Both the position numbers and the translations under genes were made by a program. A stretch of 64,000 nucleotides of DNA from Phoronis australis (lineage: Eukaryota; Animalia; Phoronida): assembly GCA_002633005.1 (NCBI GenBank), contig NMRA01000181.1, forward strand, positions 196,959-260,958, written 5' to 3'. Of this stretch, positions 36,588 to 50,139 are shown in pieces; within the stretch, counting starts at the first letter, position 1, and each line of letters starts with the position of its first letter. A model generated the notes under the pieces. The model worked only from the letters and a program-made list of their open reading frames with translations. It was not told the origin of the DNA and did no database searches.

Positions 36588-38624
36588 GTCTACCCTTAAT
36601 GGGATGAGGAGGGGTAGAAGCGGATGAGGGGGGCTGCCTGCGACAAGACTTTGCAGGGTGCTTGCCATTACAAGAGGAGCAGACATGGAGGTATTGACAC
36701 TGAGAGGGGGCTTAGAGCAGGTGTGTGAGTTGTAGGACCAGCAGTAGCCGGGAGTGCGATGAGTAGAGGTGGTTTGGGGGAGGGGGATTGGTGGGATCTG
36801 AGGGAGGTCTGAACCCACAGCTCCTGATTGATGGTGTGCCAAGACCGTCGGATTGGAACCGTGCGCGGAGTTTTCGGAACTGGTCGTAGTACATGATGTT
36901 GTTGAAAACCGAAGGTGAAAATGAAGGTAAGGATGTTTTGGGCGTATTTACAAAGTTGAGGGGACTGGTGGGGGTAGGCGGTTGTATAAATGCTCATTTA
37001 AATGAGAAATGCCATGAACCAGTCTTAAGATGATTGGGGGGATTTTGTCTTATGAGTCGAAGTAAAGATCTGCTGGCCCTCCTGTACAGTGAGTGATAAC
37101 GTTGTTGAAGACGGGTGTTGGGTGTGAAGGAGTGAATAAAAATCCACAATTTCGTCCGAAACAATCATGCCGCGGACCTTATCGTCGACATTAAACCTTA
37201 ACGGTAAAATGTCGGTACGTGAGACCGGGAGAAGATTGATGGGCGACGGCTGGTATGTGGTCGGCGGATGGACGGTTGACGGTAGAGATAGCGGTGTAGG
37301 CTGTACAGTGGTGACCGACGGAGCAGCTGGCAGTGGCGATGAGGCCGACGGCGGCACGTAGCGGAGAGATGGATCCTGGCGAAGTTGCTGGATGGCCGAC
37401 GAGACTATGGTGGAAAGGTCCGGTGCTGGTGTAGAAGGCGGAGTTGAGGACGTCGCAGATGATGTATATGAGCGAGCGCGTGCTGGCGATGGGCGAAAAT
37501 ACGGTGAGTTGGATGGACGAGCTGACAGACGAGGCATCTGAAAAGAAAAACGGAGCGGCAGAATGACTGACGCAAAAGGGGGCATGGACACGCCCCGGCA
37601 AAAAAGAACCACCAAGGGGTGGTCAAACCCCAAAGGCGGAACAAATATCCAAATAAACGTGGGAGGGATAGGGGAGAACAAGATGGCGACAGTGCCTGGG
37701 AAGGGAAGGACAAGTAAGAACAAAACCCCAAGGAAGGGGTGGGAAACTGAGGAGTGAGACGTGGAAGAAGCCCGAAAATGGGGACATAATGCCCAGGGGG
37801 CGTAGATGCGAAAACACGAATACCCAATGGGCGGTATGGAGGAAAAACACCGAAAAGGAGACACGGTGGGGTGAAGACATGGCAAACCGTTGCTATGCAA
37901 TCGCCAGAAGGAAGGAGGGGAGGGGAAAGCACATAGGGCCCCAAAGGAGAAACAGGCACCTGTAGAGAAGGTACACAGTGGCAGCGTCAGAGACGCAGGA
38001 AACAAACCCCAAAGCAGGACGTTAGAGACACTCATAGGTGAGACACACGGGTCTAGAAGTCATAAACGCAACACCAGTGGCGGACTGTGGTAAGAGATGA
38101 CACGGTGACCCACAGCCGAGGCACACAGTGCCCGGCGTCACAGACGCAACAACGTAACAGACGGGGGCAAACGAGGGGGAGGGGAAAATCGGTGGCAAAG
38201 GGAGGGGGGAGGTCAAGGGAGGGGGTTAGGACGACGGAGGTGGAAACCAAAAGCGAAACGAACGTTGAGAGCCTGCTTGAGGAGCCCGCGAGCGTTGAAG
38301 TGGACACCATCGCGACGATAGAGATGGGAGACGGTAGGATGGTGTAGAAGGAGGGAGCGGAGGGCTGTATTGAGAGAGTGACAGCGGGAATTGAACGTTT
38401 AAAAATGGACGGATAATAACATGCTCAACGGAGGGAAAGTGTCAAGAATATACTAGGCGAGAGACAAGGGGGAAAGGGCAATATAGAAGGGGTGGAGGCA
38501 GGCCCGTAGGAAGGAAAAAATATGGGGGGGGCACAAACCATTTCGACTTCGCCAAACAACCCCCTCCCCCATCGCCACTACCTTCGCCACCCCCACCCCC
38601 TCGCCCCCGTGCTCCCGATGCCAC

Positions 38625-39448
38625 TAAATTTCTTCCGAATCTCTAACGTCCGCCCTAGGTGGCGCCCCCTAGTGGCAGTTTCGTTTTTTTTGCGCTCATG
38701 GCTGTATCTATTAAACCGTTTGCAGGATCTTTACTTAATTTAGCAAGTGAATTTATATGATGTTGACAATGAACGATGACGACTTTCAGACGAATCTGAC
38801 TTCTGGTGTGCTCAAAAGTTGCAATTTTATTTTTTTATGTTTACCACTCTGTATCTTCAAAGGTCCTCAACAGATTTTCATAAAATTTTGAATATTGGCA
38901 TCTATTGGTAATGTTTTTGGATGGAATCGAGGTATTTTGAGCCACCTGGTGGCCATTTTTGCTGTTTTCAAATCTTGTTTTTGGCGTCCACCCCTCCATC
39001 AACCAAATCATTCTAGGGATGGTTTTGAAAATTGGCGTGTATGTTTTCAGTGTGAAGAGGACGTTTGATGATAGTGACTGACTACTGGGGCGCCTCCTAG
39101 TGGTAGCTTTGTTTTGTTTTGCGACTATAGCTGTATCTCCAAAACCCACCGCAGGATCTTTATTAAATTTAGTAAGTGAATTTATTTGAAGATAATAGAC
39201 GACGGCTTTCAGGCGGATGGAACGGACGCTGTGCCCACAAGTGGCAATTTCATTTTGTTCTGTTTTCATTTGTTTCTCTGAAGTTCCTTGACAGGTTTTT
39301 ATGAAATATGGCATGTTACCATTTTTGGATGGATTGTACGTTTTTGCGCCATCTAGTGGCCATTTTTATGATACAAATAAATAACCCTAAAAGCACACCA
39401 ATTACGATACATTCGTAGGCGCATTTCAACGCTCCGCGTTGCTCTTGT
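38625..39448 (+). mobile_element. Helentron/DINE-like non-autonomous element with two diverged internal repeats of about 430 bp
   Basis: GCTGTATCT..GCAGGATCTTTA..AATTTAG.AAGTGAATTTAT occurs near 38700 and 39130. 3' hairpin CAACGC-TCC-GCGTTG followed by CTCTTGT (39427-39448). Confidence 0.55.
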
Positions 39449-42400
39449 ATATTTAAGGCAGCATTTAAATTCGCTGAAACATCATCAATTCTTACAAGAT
39501 TAGCTTCTATTTATAAAAACTTATCTATGAATCTATCGATTTTCGTAGAAATATAAACAAGTAAATCAGAAACCAACGAATTTTTTTATCAAAACGGAAT
39601 GTTACAAGCCATTTCCGAATGCATGCTTGCAGACTTTTGACGGGTAACCGGGGGAATATGGGAGATGAGGCATTCGTATTGAAGTGTATTTTTGCTCATT
39701 TCAGAGGTACCCATAACGGTTCACGAGGTTAAACTTGAACTCCACTGACAAAAAAACCCACTGAAATCTTTGTTTATGATTGCGAGAGTTCTTTGAGTAC
39801 CCCCTTCCGACATCACAAATAGTATCCTACACAGCAGTGTTTTCCACATGGGGGAATTCCTTACAAACAACTCGTAGTAACCATCTACAAAAGAGATACC
39901 GGTACTATTCTTGTGATACTATAGGGAACAAAAACATTATTTTATTACTAACCACCGGAAACAGTCCTTTTGTGTAATTTACAAATAGTGGTCTTCACGT
40001 TCTTCAAAACTCTACCCTTTCGAAGGGCCAATCCTACTGTAGTTTTTCAAATTTTTGGTTGTTTGGGTCGATTGGCTGGGCTGTACACGAATGTTTTGTA
40101 TTTTTTGATAAATTTGGAATTTCAATTTTCATCGTGAATACTGAGCAGTGCCGGATTTACATGTATAGAGGGACAAAAGGACATTTCCCCCGAACTGCTC
40201 CAGCGAAAGAGGATACCGTCGGAAATGTGACACCTTAAGATGAAAGGCTAAACATCATTAAGCTTGGAAAAAAGAGTGACCGTGCATTCTACCGTCGTGT
40301 GTTCCCAAAACGCTGCAGGGAGTGACCTCCTTCATTATGAAAGCCAGTTGCACGATTTCACAAAAAATAGGAAAATGGAGGTAATCGATTCCAACATTGT
40401 GCCCTCTCTCCGTGAGCGGTCCCTTAAGAATTTGTCAATAAAAACACAAAAAGGGTCACCACTTGAATGTCATTAATGGCCTCCTTCAAGGGCGGGGCCC
40501 CTCAACATGAAAATATCAGGAAATGCACAGCAATTGATGTTATCTCTCAGGTCATCAAATTTTCTCAAGTAATATACAGTTTCGAAAAAAATAAAGCGAA
40601 AGTTTTCTCCGTTATCCCTGTCCATAAGGGGCAGATGGAAAAATAGTTTTGCACTCCCAAAACTGACATACTGAATTTAAAAATACAGTAAATTAGTACG
40701 CTCCGCAAAAGTTTCGCTTTACAAATTTTCTTGATTTTTCGATATATATGTATGATTTCGTGCATGTTTTCAAGTGCGTTTAGACGACCTGTGCTGCAAA
40801 AGCGGAGACCCTAACGGCAATGCCCTGGCCAGGGTCCTCAAAAGGTAAACCATGCACTGATGCAGATCGAGTTGTTAAATGTTCTCTTGAATTTTCTCTC
40901 TTATCTGTATTTCGCAGTTTTTTTTCTTGTCGGTCCCCGGCCCCACGCCTTTTCGGTTGCCACGGTTTAACCCTGAGGGTTTGAAATTTTTTTGGGGGGC
41001 CCGTGCCCCCCCGCCCCCTCCCCGCTTCCTACGGCCCTGAGAGGTGACAGGACGCGAGGTCGTTACCGCCGATTTGGAGGAAAACGAAGCGGGGGGAAAT
41101 GGAGGAGACGCGGAGGAGGAGATGGTAGACGGATAGGGGGCCAGGGCTAAAGTGGCACCCGAGAGACCCAAGAAATGGGTCTGGACAAGGCAGGTATCGA
41201 ACCCGAGATTAAATAGGTCAAGAGATCGAGCACGGCTGTGGGCAAAATGGCCCAGCCAGCGGACGTAGGATGAACCAGCGAAAAGCAGTGAACTGGCATG
41301 ACAGAGGGAGGAATAAAAACACGCTTACCCTTCACACAGCAGAACTGGGATCGGAGAACTCGGAAAATTGAAGACAGATTAAACTCGAACGTAAATGCTG
41401 AAGCGAAGTACTGATGGTAGGAAATATAAGTTTCCTGAGAACAAAAGAGACCTATGACACGTGACAATAATCAGCCTATGGGAGCCAGGAGCTGACCAAA
41501 CTCGTGGCACATGACAGAAACGAACCAATAGTGAGACTGGAAATGGAATGTCCTAATGCCTCGTGTTCAGAAGGACCGCATGCGAATCTACACAAAGGAT
41601 TAATGTACCAGCCCGAAAGATGGGGGTATAAGTGAGACGAGTCCAAATTCTCACATAAATATGTTTAATGAGTGAAATAGCTTGAATACATATTTTGGCT
41701 TGTTTCTTAGTAACAGGTATACTATGGGCTTCTAAATCTCTTAAGATGTATCAATATAATTCATTTTTGAGACACAAAGTCATGGTGGGAACTATTGAAA
41801 GCAGACCAGTCGTAGACTGTAAGCTCCTTCCATTGATCACGTAGTTTTATGCCTAGTCTTGGGCTGAACAGACAACCTTTGCTTTTCAAATCTTTAAGCG
41901 CGAGGTCAGAACGTGTGTACCTGCTAAACAACAGCCAACATTTTCTATCTTTGTTAGTGCCGGGGATATCTTAACATTTAGTTTGCCTGTAGGAGCGCCG
42001 GTATCGTGGATCGTTCCAGTGACCATCTTCACGAGCTTCTTGGTTTTCCACTGCTTTCTCATATATTAGCATTAGTAATGATTAGCTTTAACAGAAAGAA
42101 ATATGGGTATGACCTTTGCAATATCGGGGTGGTGGAACATAAGGCGGTAGAACATAAGGGCGGTGGAACGAGAGAACATACAAGAGACGTGAAATATCGG
42201 CACCGGCCGGGCACCACCGGTACGAGCCTAGTAGAACGACTATCGGTAATTTTTGTTTACGTTTGAATCGACCTTTTGGTTTTTTAACTGCGCATATTTT
42301 AGCATGTCCTTATTTTTTTCTATCGAGCGGGACTTAGTAAATCGTCAGAAGGTTTCACTTATGAGCAGCATCTACATTCTCTTGTAATTTGAGCAGATTG

Positions 42401-42789
42401 AAAAAGAATGTTTTCCTGAACTCCACTGTTGACAACACCTGGGACTACGGTGTCGTGAAAAGAGGTGTTTAGCTAAAACTTTACTAGTGGACCTTTGAAT
42501 TCCACACATAGATCAAAAAGGCATGAGTGCTGCAAAATGTATGTATGGCCTGGGTACCACTGCAACCCTTCGAACAGAGTTACTTTTTACAATTATATTT
42601 TTGAGTTGAAACTTTTGTTCCCTGACAAAAGGCAGATACAATGCGGTTGATGGCAAACACATAGAGCGAATTAATGACCTAAACAAATCGGATTTATTGC
42701 AGACAAAAATGTATTAACGGCAGGTAATGATATTGGTTATATTCCCTAATGTAAGCTTGAACCTCCGATGGAAAATATTTTCAGCCATT

Positions 42790-45700
42790 TTCACCCTAAC
42801 AAAAATACCGTTCACACATTGATCTTGGGCTGTGAAGAAAGGTAGATTTGCGGAGACTTGTAGTCTTTATTTGCAGTGCCTAATGAGGCTATCACTACAG
42901 CACGTTTACGTGAGTTACTGCTCGGGGTTGGTCAGTCACGTCCTTATTTCGTTGTTGTGAAGTACTTGTTGTGTAAATCTATGTAGCGCTCACTTGTGTT
43001 TATTAGTAGGGTAGAGATTTATCCAATGCACACGCTTGTTTGCGGGACAAATCCCCATCTTAAAAACACAGTGCGTATTTCAAAACCACATTTGACGGTT
43101 ACAGAAGCTATTCCCAACGACTCTCACGGTATTTGTTGTCTCTTGCGCTGTGACCAACCATCCGATTTCTATAGCCTCACGTAATCTTTATCTGTGGAAT
43201 CGACGAATGCTGCTACCACAGCGGTTCAATTGAGTTCTTTCTTGCCGGTGTTTGCCTTTTCCTGACATTGCAGTATTCATTCATGATTTCTATACCATTC
43301 CTGATTTTCATGTATCTCGGTGTTTCATATCTGTTACTGTTTCATACCTTGACTTTTGACTGTTTTCAACGACTGTCATACTAATTCAGCTATGTTCATG
43401 CATTCATCTTGTGTTGTGGATCTGTTTAAACAGCAAGAAAAAGCATATAAAGCTCGTTTTATTGAAGCCATTGCTCGTTCCAAAAATAACCCTAAAGAGT
43501 TCTGGCAAATAATTAAATCCAATATTTCTACATCTCGTATTTCTTCTACAATTAGTCCGCAGGAATGGTATGACTATTTCAAGGATTTATTGAGTCAAAA
43601 CTGCTCTATTGACGAGTTTTTGAGTCAGTTTGCCACGCAGGAAATGATGGAACATGATACTTCCTGTGAAAAGTGTACTAACAATTTCCCAACTGATCTT
43701 AATACTGATTTGCCTTCTGAAGTATATGAGGTCATTGAACTATTGCCTGATGGTAAGGCTGGGGGTTATGATGGCCTGATTTTTGAAATGCTGAAGTGCA
43801 TTAAGGTAACGATAGTGCCAGTCTTGCATAAGTTATTTAATGCAATTTTTGATTGTGGGTATTATCCCCACACATGGTGTGACGCATTGCGTACTCCAGC
43901 ACATAAACAAGGAAATATCAATGACGAAAATAACTATAGGGGTATCTCCCTGTTGTCTGCTTTGGGAAAACTTTTTACCAAACTTATAAATAATCGTCTT
44001 TATTACTGGGCTGAAAATAATGATAAACTTTATGAGTCTCCAGCTGGGTTTAGAAAAGGCTACTCACCTACGATTGACCAAGTGTTTACACTTCAAGCTA
44101 TGTGCCACAAGTATTTGAGTCGGCAGGGTGGGAGATTTTACTGTGCTTTTGTAGATTTCTCGAAGGCATTCGATCGAATGTCACATAATTTACTCTTCCA
44201 TGGATTGAAAAATATTGATGCGCATGGTAAAATTTTCAACATAATCCGCTCTATGTATAGTAAGTTGCGCACTTGTGTGAAAACTCAAGATGGTCTTACA
44301 GAGTTCTTTGGTTGTAGTGTTGGTACTCGCCAGGGTTATATGATCGGCCCATTATTATTTGTGTTTTATCTAAATGAATTTCTGGATCAACTGAGTGCGA
44401 AAAGTAATATTAATAGCACATATCTCAGCAAACAAGTGTCAAGAGTTAACTCCCTACTGTACGCAGACGACATGTTGTTATGTTCCTCTACCGCCATCAA
44501 CTTACAACGTATGCTCAATTGTTTGGCAGAATTTTGCCATCATGGGGCATTCAAAGAAACATGAAGAAAACAAAGGGGTCGTTTTCAGAAATTGCGGTTA
44601 CCTTAGACGATATGAGAAATGGTTTTACAATGGAACATTGGTTGATGTGCAAATAAAGCTGCCTATGCAATGTAAGTTAAAGCGAAGATGTCGTGATCTG
44701 CCCCCGTCAATAGCCTTATACCTGTTCGATAAAATAGTTTACCCCTCTCTGTGTTACGGCGCTGAAACATGGGGCTTTAAGGAATATGAACAATTGGAAA
44801 ATGTACATATCAAGTTTTGTAAACGCATTTTAGGAGTAAGCAGTGTTGTTAAAATTCGGCAATTATGGAAGAATGTGGTCGATTCCCATTGTCTACTAAA
44901 TATTTTGTTTTTTTTTAAAGTACTGGTTCAAAATATTGGAGATGCCTAGTAATCGTGGGGTAAAAGCTGCATATGATATGCTTTTTCAGTCAGACCTGAT
45001 CGGAAGATCTTCCTATAATTGGGCAGGTTGTGTAAGGAATTTCTGTCTGTGTATGGTTTTTCAGATGTATGGATTAACCAGGGTGTGGTAAACCAAGCGT
45101 ATTTATTGACAATATTTTCTCAACGTGTCAACGACTGTTATTTGCAAGGCTGGCAATCTGATATCAAATATAACGCAAAAGTGGCTTACTATGTGAGATA
45201 TGAAACAGTGTCTCGTCTTGAGAATTATCTAGAAATAGTTGGTATCCCACGTGTTTTTTATCCAGTCTCTGACTCGATTGCGATGTTCAAATGATTCGTT
45301 ACTAGTAGAAAGAGGTCGCCACACAAATATTCCCTATGGAAACAGGTTGTGTGAGTTATCTAATTCGGGATATGTATAGGACGAATACCACGTTGTGTTA
45401 GTTTGTAGTGCGTACCAAGTCCTTCGGGTTAAGTACTTAAGTGATTGTTTTTGTCAATCTCCCACGACTTCTAAATTTGAATCTCTCATGAGAACTCCGG
45501 ATATCCTACTTATTGAATTTGTCCATCATGCTCTCAAACGTCACAATTTATTATCCAGTTTGAAACGTGGCACCAAACAATGTTCTGTCTTGTCAGTACA
45601 TGATATACTTTGGGCATATGGCCATGTGTATACGTCTCAATAAATCATTCATAAAAAATCACTTATTTTGCTTTTGTAAAAATCTTTTTATATGAACCTA

Positions 45701-47570
45701 TGTACGTGTTTGGGGCGTACGCATGCGTGTGCGTATTGTCTTCTCTGATTTCATCGTGCAAATGGCAACTCAAGCTCGATGGAGCGTTATTTGAGTTACC
45801 TGATAGTCATTATCAATGTCTGATAACCCATACTGCCGCCATTAAACAAAAATAAACCATTCATAAAACTCGCACGGATTTTTCAAAAGTCTCAGTTATG
45901 GCTATGCTTTAGGTTCGTGTGCCGTTCTTCGTTTGCTTGTAGTTCGTTGATTTACATCTGTATATATTTTATATCCAGCCCTCGGACTTGTTATTCTTAA
46001 ATTATAGCTTTGAAATGATAGACAACCCTCGAACGTGTTGTTTTTGTTCGACCAAAACTTGTTGTTCTAACTCCATTTGGGAGAAAGTATACTGTTATTG
46101 TTTTTTTTTGGAACGAAACTTGTCCTTCTAACTTCATTTGGCAGAAAGTATAATGTAATGTGGAAGAATCACCAATTGAATATCACGAGAATAGGTTAAC
46201 AAATTATCTAGTTTACTTAGAATGGACCAAGAATTTGATCACTCCCAAATCTACACCACTTAACAATGTGTCAAGTGTCCCAAAAAGTGAGTCAAATTTT
46301 GACAAGTAATTTTTCTGTAATTGACCAATCGAATTCATTTAAATGTCCACAATGTATCAGTATCTTCAGGGTGGGTTCACTGAGTCTACAGCAGGGTGAA
46401 AAACGCAATATCACTGTGACTTACATCGAGTTAATGCTGTGATGGGATCTGTCAGTTAAAAGGATTACGTACCTGGGTCTCAAGTCCATTGTTTTTTATT
46501 GTCAGATTTGTATCCAAATCAATTCTGCCCAATATTCAGGTTTGTAATGATGCCTTTGAGTGAAAGTAATCAATTTACGATTGAAACCTGTTAAGCAGAG
46601 AGGGTGGGCGTAAGAAGAATCATAAGGAGGTTCCCAGTAACAGGATAGAGTCGTGCCACTGTAAATAAAGTTATTGTTAAAATACGCAACATAGGGTCTG
46701 TTGACCTTACGGTACAGGGAATCCATTACGAACGGTTATTTATGGAACAAATCCTTAACTTGAAAATATAGAACGTGTTTAAAAACACAGTTGAAAGTTA
46801 CAGATAAACTATTTCCAACGGCTCTCACGGTATTTGTTGAAGACATTTATAGTAAATTTCTCTTGTGCTGTGGCCAACGATCGGATTTCTATAGCCTCAT
46901 GCTTTCTGTTTTTGTAGAATTGACGAATGCTGCTACCACAGCGGGTCCAGGTGAGTTCTATCTTGCCGGTATTTGTATTTTTCTGACATTGCAGTATTAA
47001 TTCATGATTTCTATACCATTCCTTATGTTCATGCGTCTCAGCATTACGTGAAAATATCTGTTACTGTTTCATAACTTCACCTTTGGCTGATTGAAACAGA
47101 AAATAGTTCAACGACTGTCACGCTAAATCAGACATGTTCATTCATTCATCTTGGGCTGTGAAAAACAGCTGAATTACATGGACTTGTACTTTTTATTTGA
47201 GACGGCTACCACTACAGTACGTCCACGTGAGTTACTACTCGGTGTTGGTCTGTCACATCATTAGTTCGTGAAATACTTGTTATATAAACCTATGTGCTTG
47301 AGTGTGTGTGGGGTGTGTGTGTGCGTGTGCGTGCGTGTACAATGTTCTCTGCTGCCATCGTTCAAAGCAGCGCGAGATCGTTGAACCGGGTCACCCAAAG
47401 GTCATCTGGTCATCTTTCAGTTTCAGTTACCTGATATTACTTTCACTAAAACAAAGGTAAACCATTCGTAAAACTCACACCAAAGCACTGTCCGTGCAAT
47501 GGTTTTGCAGAAGTGTCAGTTATTGATCTGCTATAAGTTTGTGTTCCCTTGCTCGTTTTTGTTTATTTCG
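42790..47570 (+). repeat. Old diverged local duplication (about 43030-43418 + 45653-45950 versus 46730-47570; 42790-43000 versus 47110-47300)
   Basis: Shared blocks: CTCTCACGGTATTTGTTG, GATTTCTATAGCCTCA, GACGAATGCTGCTACCACAGCGG, CTGACATTGCAGTATT, TCTTGGGCTGTGAA, ACGTGAGTTACT. Confidence 0.75.
43419..45652 (+). mobile_element. 5'-truncated LINE, RTEX/RTE-like, frameshifted
   Basis: NYRGISLLSALGKLFTK, AGFRKG, CAFVDFSKAFD, GTRQG..PLLF, LLYADD in 43356..44564, continuing in 44395..44949, 45019..45294 and 45395..45643. Ends AATAAA-TCATTCAT. The paralogous empty site TGTG|AAAAA is at 47160. Confidence 0.9.
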
Positions 47571-49400
47571 GCAAGCCTTCGAGTTGGGTTTGTTCCGGTC
47601 ACGATAGAAGTCCAGCGGTCGAATCCCCTGGGAACCCTCTAGCACCCACTTCAGCAGGAATTGTCCATGCTGAACTTACATTATACCTGTATCTAGATCT
47701 CAATAGTTTGATTTCTTTCTCTCGTCAGCCTCTTCCAACGTCTTTTCCCAGGTTACTGTGAGCTCCACCATGACGACTTTCTTGTCAGGACGTAGGTTTG
47801 TTTTCACCACGTCTGGAAAATACCAGTCGTCTTTTGATGTATGCTCTCATCTCCCTCGTGTCATATCCGTCCAGCAAACACAGACGCCTAGCTTCCTCTG
47901 GAATCCATTGACCATTTCTTTGCCTTGTCTAACTAAGTCGAGTCCTCCAATTTCCTGGGTATTCACAGTTGATACAATCTTCCGATTAGTGCCAATGATA
48001 TTTGCGAAGTTCATCAGAACCTTATCGTTCCGCCATAGATACCTTCAATGCGCGAGTGCTGTCTCACATGATGTCAGCACATGTCCAAGTGTTGCTGTCT
48101 TCTCATACAACGTTTCCTGCCAAAGTCCACCCTTTATGGTTGGAAAGGGTTGGGAGAAAATCACACACTGATCATAATAACAACTGGATACGGAAGATCT
48201 CCATTTGTCAAAGTTCTGTCCGAGGTAGCTTTCACATGTTTGTATCCCACTTGCTTCTTGGACCCTGACTGTCTATCTGCACCGCCCTAGATACTTCTTT
48301 TTCATCTAATGTCATATTGTTTCATTTGTTGTCTGTATAAAGTGCTCGCTCTATACCAGCTCTGAAATCTTGCCATTCCTTAACATCCAGAGCACGCTCC
48401 ACCTAAATTATCAGCTTCCAAAACTGCACCGCTGACAGACCACTTCCTCTCTTTTCTTTTGGGTGCTCCTTTCTTTTGGAAGTTAAGATAGTTTGTGTAC
48501 TTTAGTGTCATCACCTGTCGGACTTTCGACACATTGTTGTCTTTCACGGGTTATGCAATGGAAGGCTGAATTTTTCCATTTTTGCTACACAGGTTGATAC
48601 CAATGAAGTTAGGTGAAACTCCTAACAATATATTAAGAAAATTGTTGACCAGCTGGTCAATTGTTAGTTCTGAATACCCAATGGAACGTTGCGTCTTTGA
48701 TCAGAATGGTTGTTATGTAGATACCCGTCCATTTCTTTGTCTGAGCTGGTGCGTGATTCTCCCTTTTCTCCGTCCAGGAGTGACTGGTAAGGGTTCCTTT
48801 TAAACCGTGCTCTTTCCCGGATCTTGGGTTGTTTCTACTTCAAAGTATATTCATCTCTCTTAAGAGTTTTGAGTCTGTCATGTTGTAAGTCTCGCAGTTA
48901 CTACGACACTCTCCTCCATTCTACTGGGGTTCGGCGTTATTGTTTGTTTAGGTGACTTAGTTCTTACTTGAGTTTTGGAAACCCCTTTCTGTCGTTTGCT
49001 TGGTATGGTGTATTTTTTCTTGCTGTTTTCCTAACATGCCGAATCTATCTTTCTCTGCCCTTTAAATGATGTTCATCATAACTCGGAGTTTCTTCTTTAC
49101 ACCTCCCGTCTAAAATCCACTTCAAGTTTTCGTGTAGTTGTCGCTATGTTGTTTTGTGTGTAAAGGTGAGCCCCTTGATCTTCTCTCTCTTCTTTCTTTG
49201 TTGTGAACTAGGTGTGGCTTCAGGTGTGTGTTCCTCTTCTGTTTTTTCTATTGTGCCCTCCCTGAGACCAGATTTCATAGAGGTCTTTCTCACTGTGGGT
49301 TGGCCCGTTGACAAAAACCTGTTCTCTCACCAGTTTGATTGTCTCAAAACTGTTGCCTGGCCCATAGAATGTTATACTTTGCTTTCGCTTGATGAATTGT
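47560..49400 (-). mobile_element. Highly degenerate HERO/R2-like non-LTR retrotransposon
   Basis: Minus-strand fragments PDVVKTNLRPD-KKVVMVELTVTWEKTLEEA (PD-(D/E)xK endonuclease), WTIPAEVGARGF, DFLPTLSNH and ARFKRNPYQSLL. Many stops and deletions. Confidence 0.7.
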
Positions 49401-50139
49401 CAAGCCTCTCTCATTCTCACAGAGTTCATCGTAATATGCACCATGGATTTTTTAAGTAATCTATGCAGTGAGTTCAACTTTTGACTGGAAGAACTTAAAA
49501 AACGTGAGATTAAAAGTACTACAGTATATTACGACCCCGTGCTTTCTAAATTGATAAACCGGAAAAGCCCACAAAATAAAAACATACATTTTATTGCTAA
49601 GGAAAATATTAGGAGGACAGTAACACTATTAATAAATTCAAAGCTCTAAATTAAATTCTATAGGGATTCCAGGGATTCTACTTTCAGAAAATACCTCTTT
49701 TAAAAATTTGTAGTTTATAGATATTTGACTGAAACACAGACAAATCGATAAGGTCGTACATAACCTTATCAACGCAAATTATGTTTTACTTCTCGACATC
49801 AATTCGCTTGAGAGTGACTTTCCAAAACAGTTGGAGCATTTTCGTCCTTTTTTCAAGTCTGTGCCCTCCTCTCGGTCTCCTCGTATGCCCACGTCGCCAG
49901 AAATTCACACCTCCCTATTTTGTTTTGTGCATTGGTAATACTCGATTTCAATGACTGCTGTTTATTCGACTTGCAAACGACGTGAATGCGCAATACTACT
50001 GTTAACATGTGCACCAGTAATAAAGTAGCTATCAAAACTAGGTCGTTACGTTCCTTTACTTTTTAGAAGAGATATTGGTGTATATAAACTCCAGTAAACG
50101 AGAACTACATGAACCTCTCTAATCATGAAGCTTAACTAA

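Larger units (their letters stand above)
33117..38520 (-). mobile_element. Ngaro/DIRS-class tyrosine-recombinase retrotransposon lacking RT/RNase H (boundaries approximate)
   Basis: Minus strand: disrupted gag-like ORF from ATG 37537 (WFMAFLI..YTTAYP, YDQFRKLRA, WHTINQELW, CSSCNGKHPAKSC knuckle), then a YR ORF. About 100 bp separates the gag stop from the YR start once the LINE is removed. Confidence 0.8.

Noticed and set aside
37538-38520. Multiple overlapping ORFs upstream of the gag ATG
   Set aside because: GC-rich, pyrimidine-skewed leader of the Ngaro element; ORFs are open by composition.
46502-46726. Minus-strand ORF with protein-like composition
   Set aside because: Weak splice signals, no domain motif, opposite strand to the host gene.
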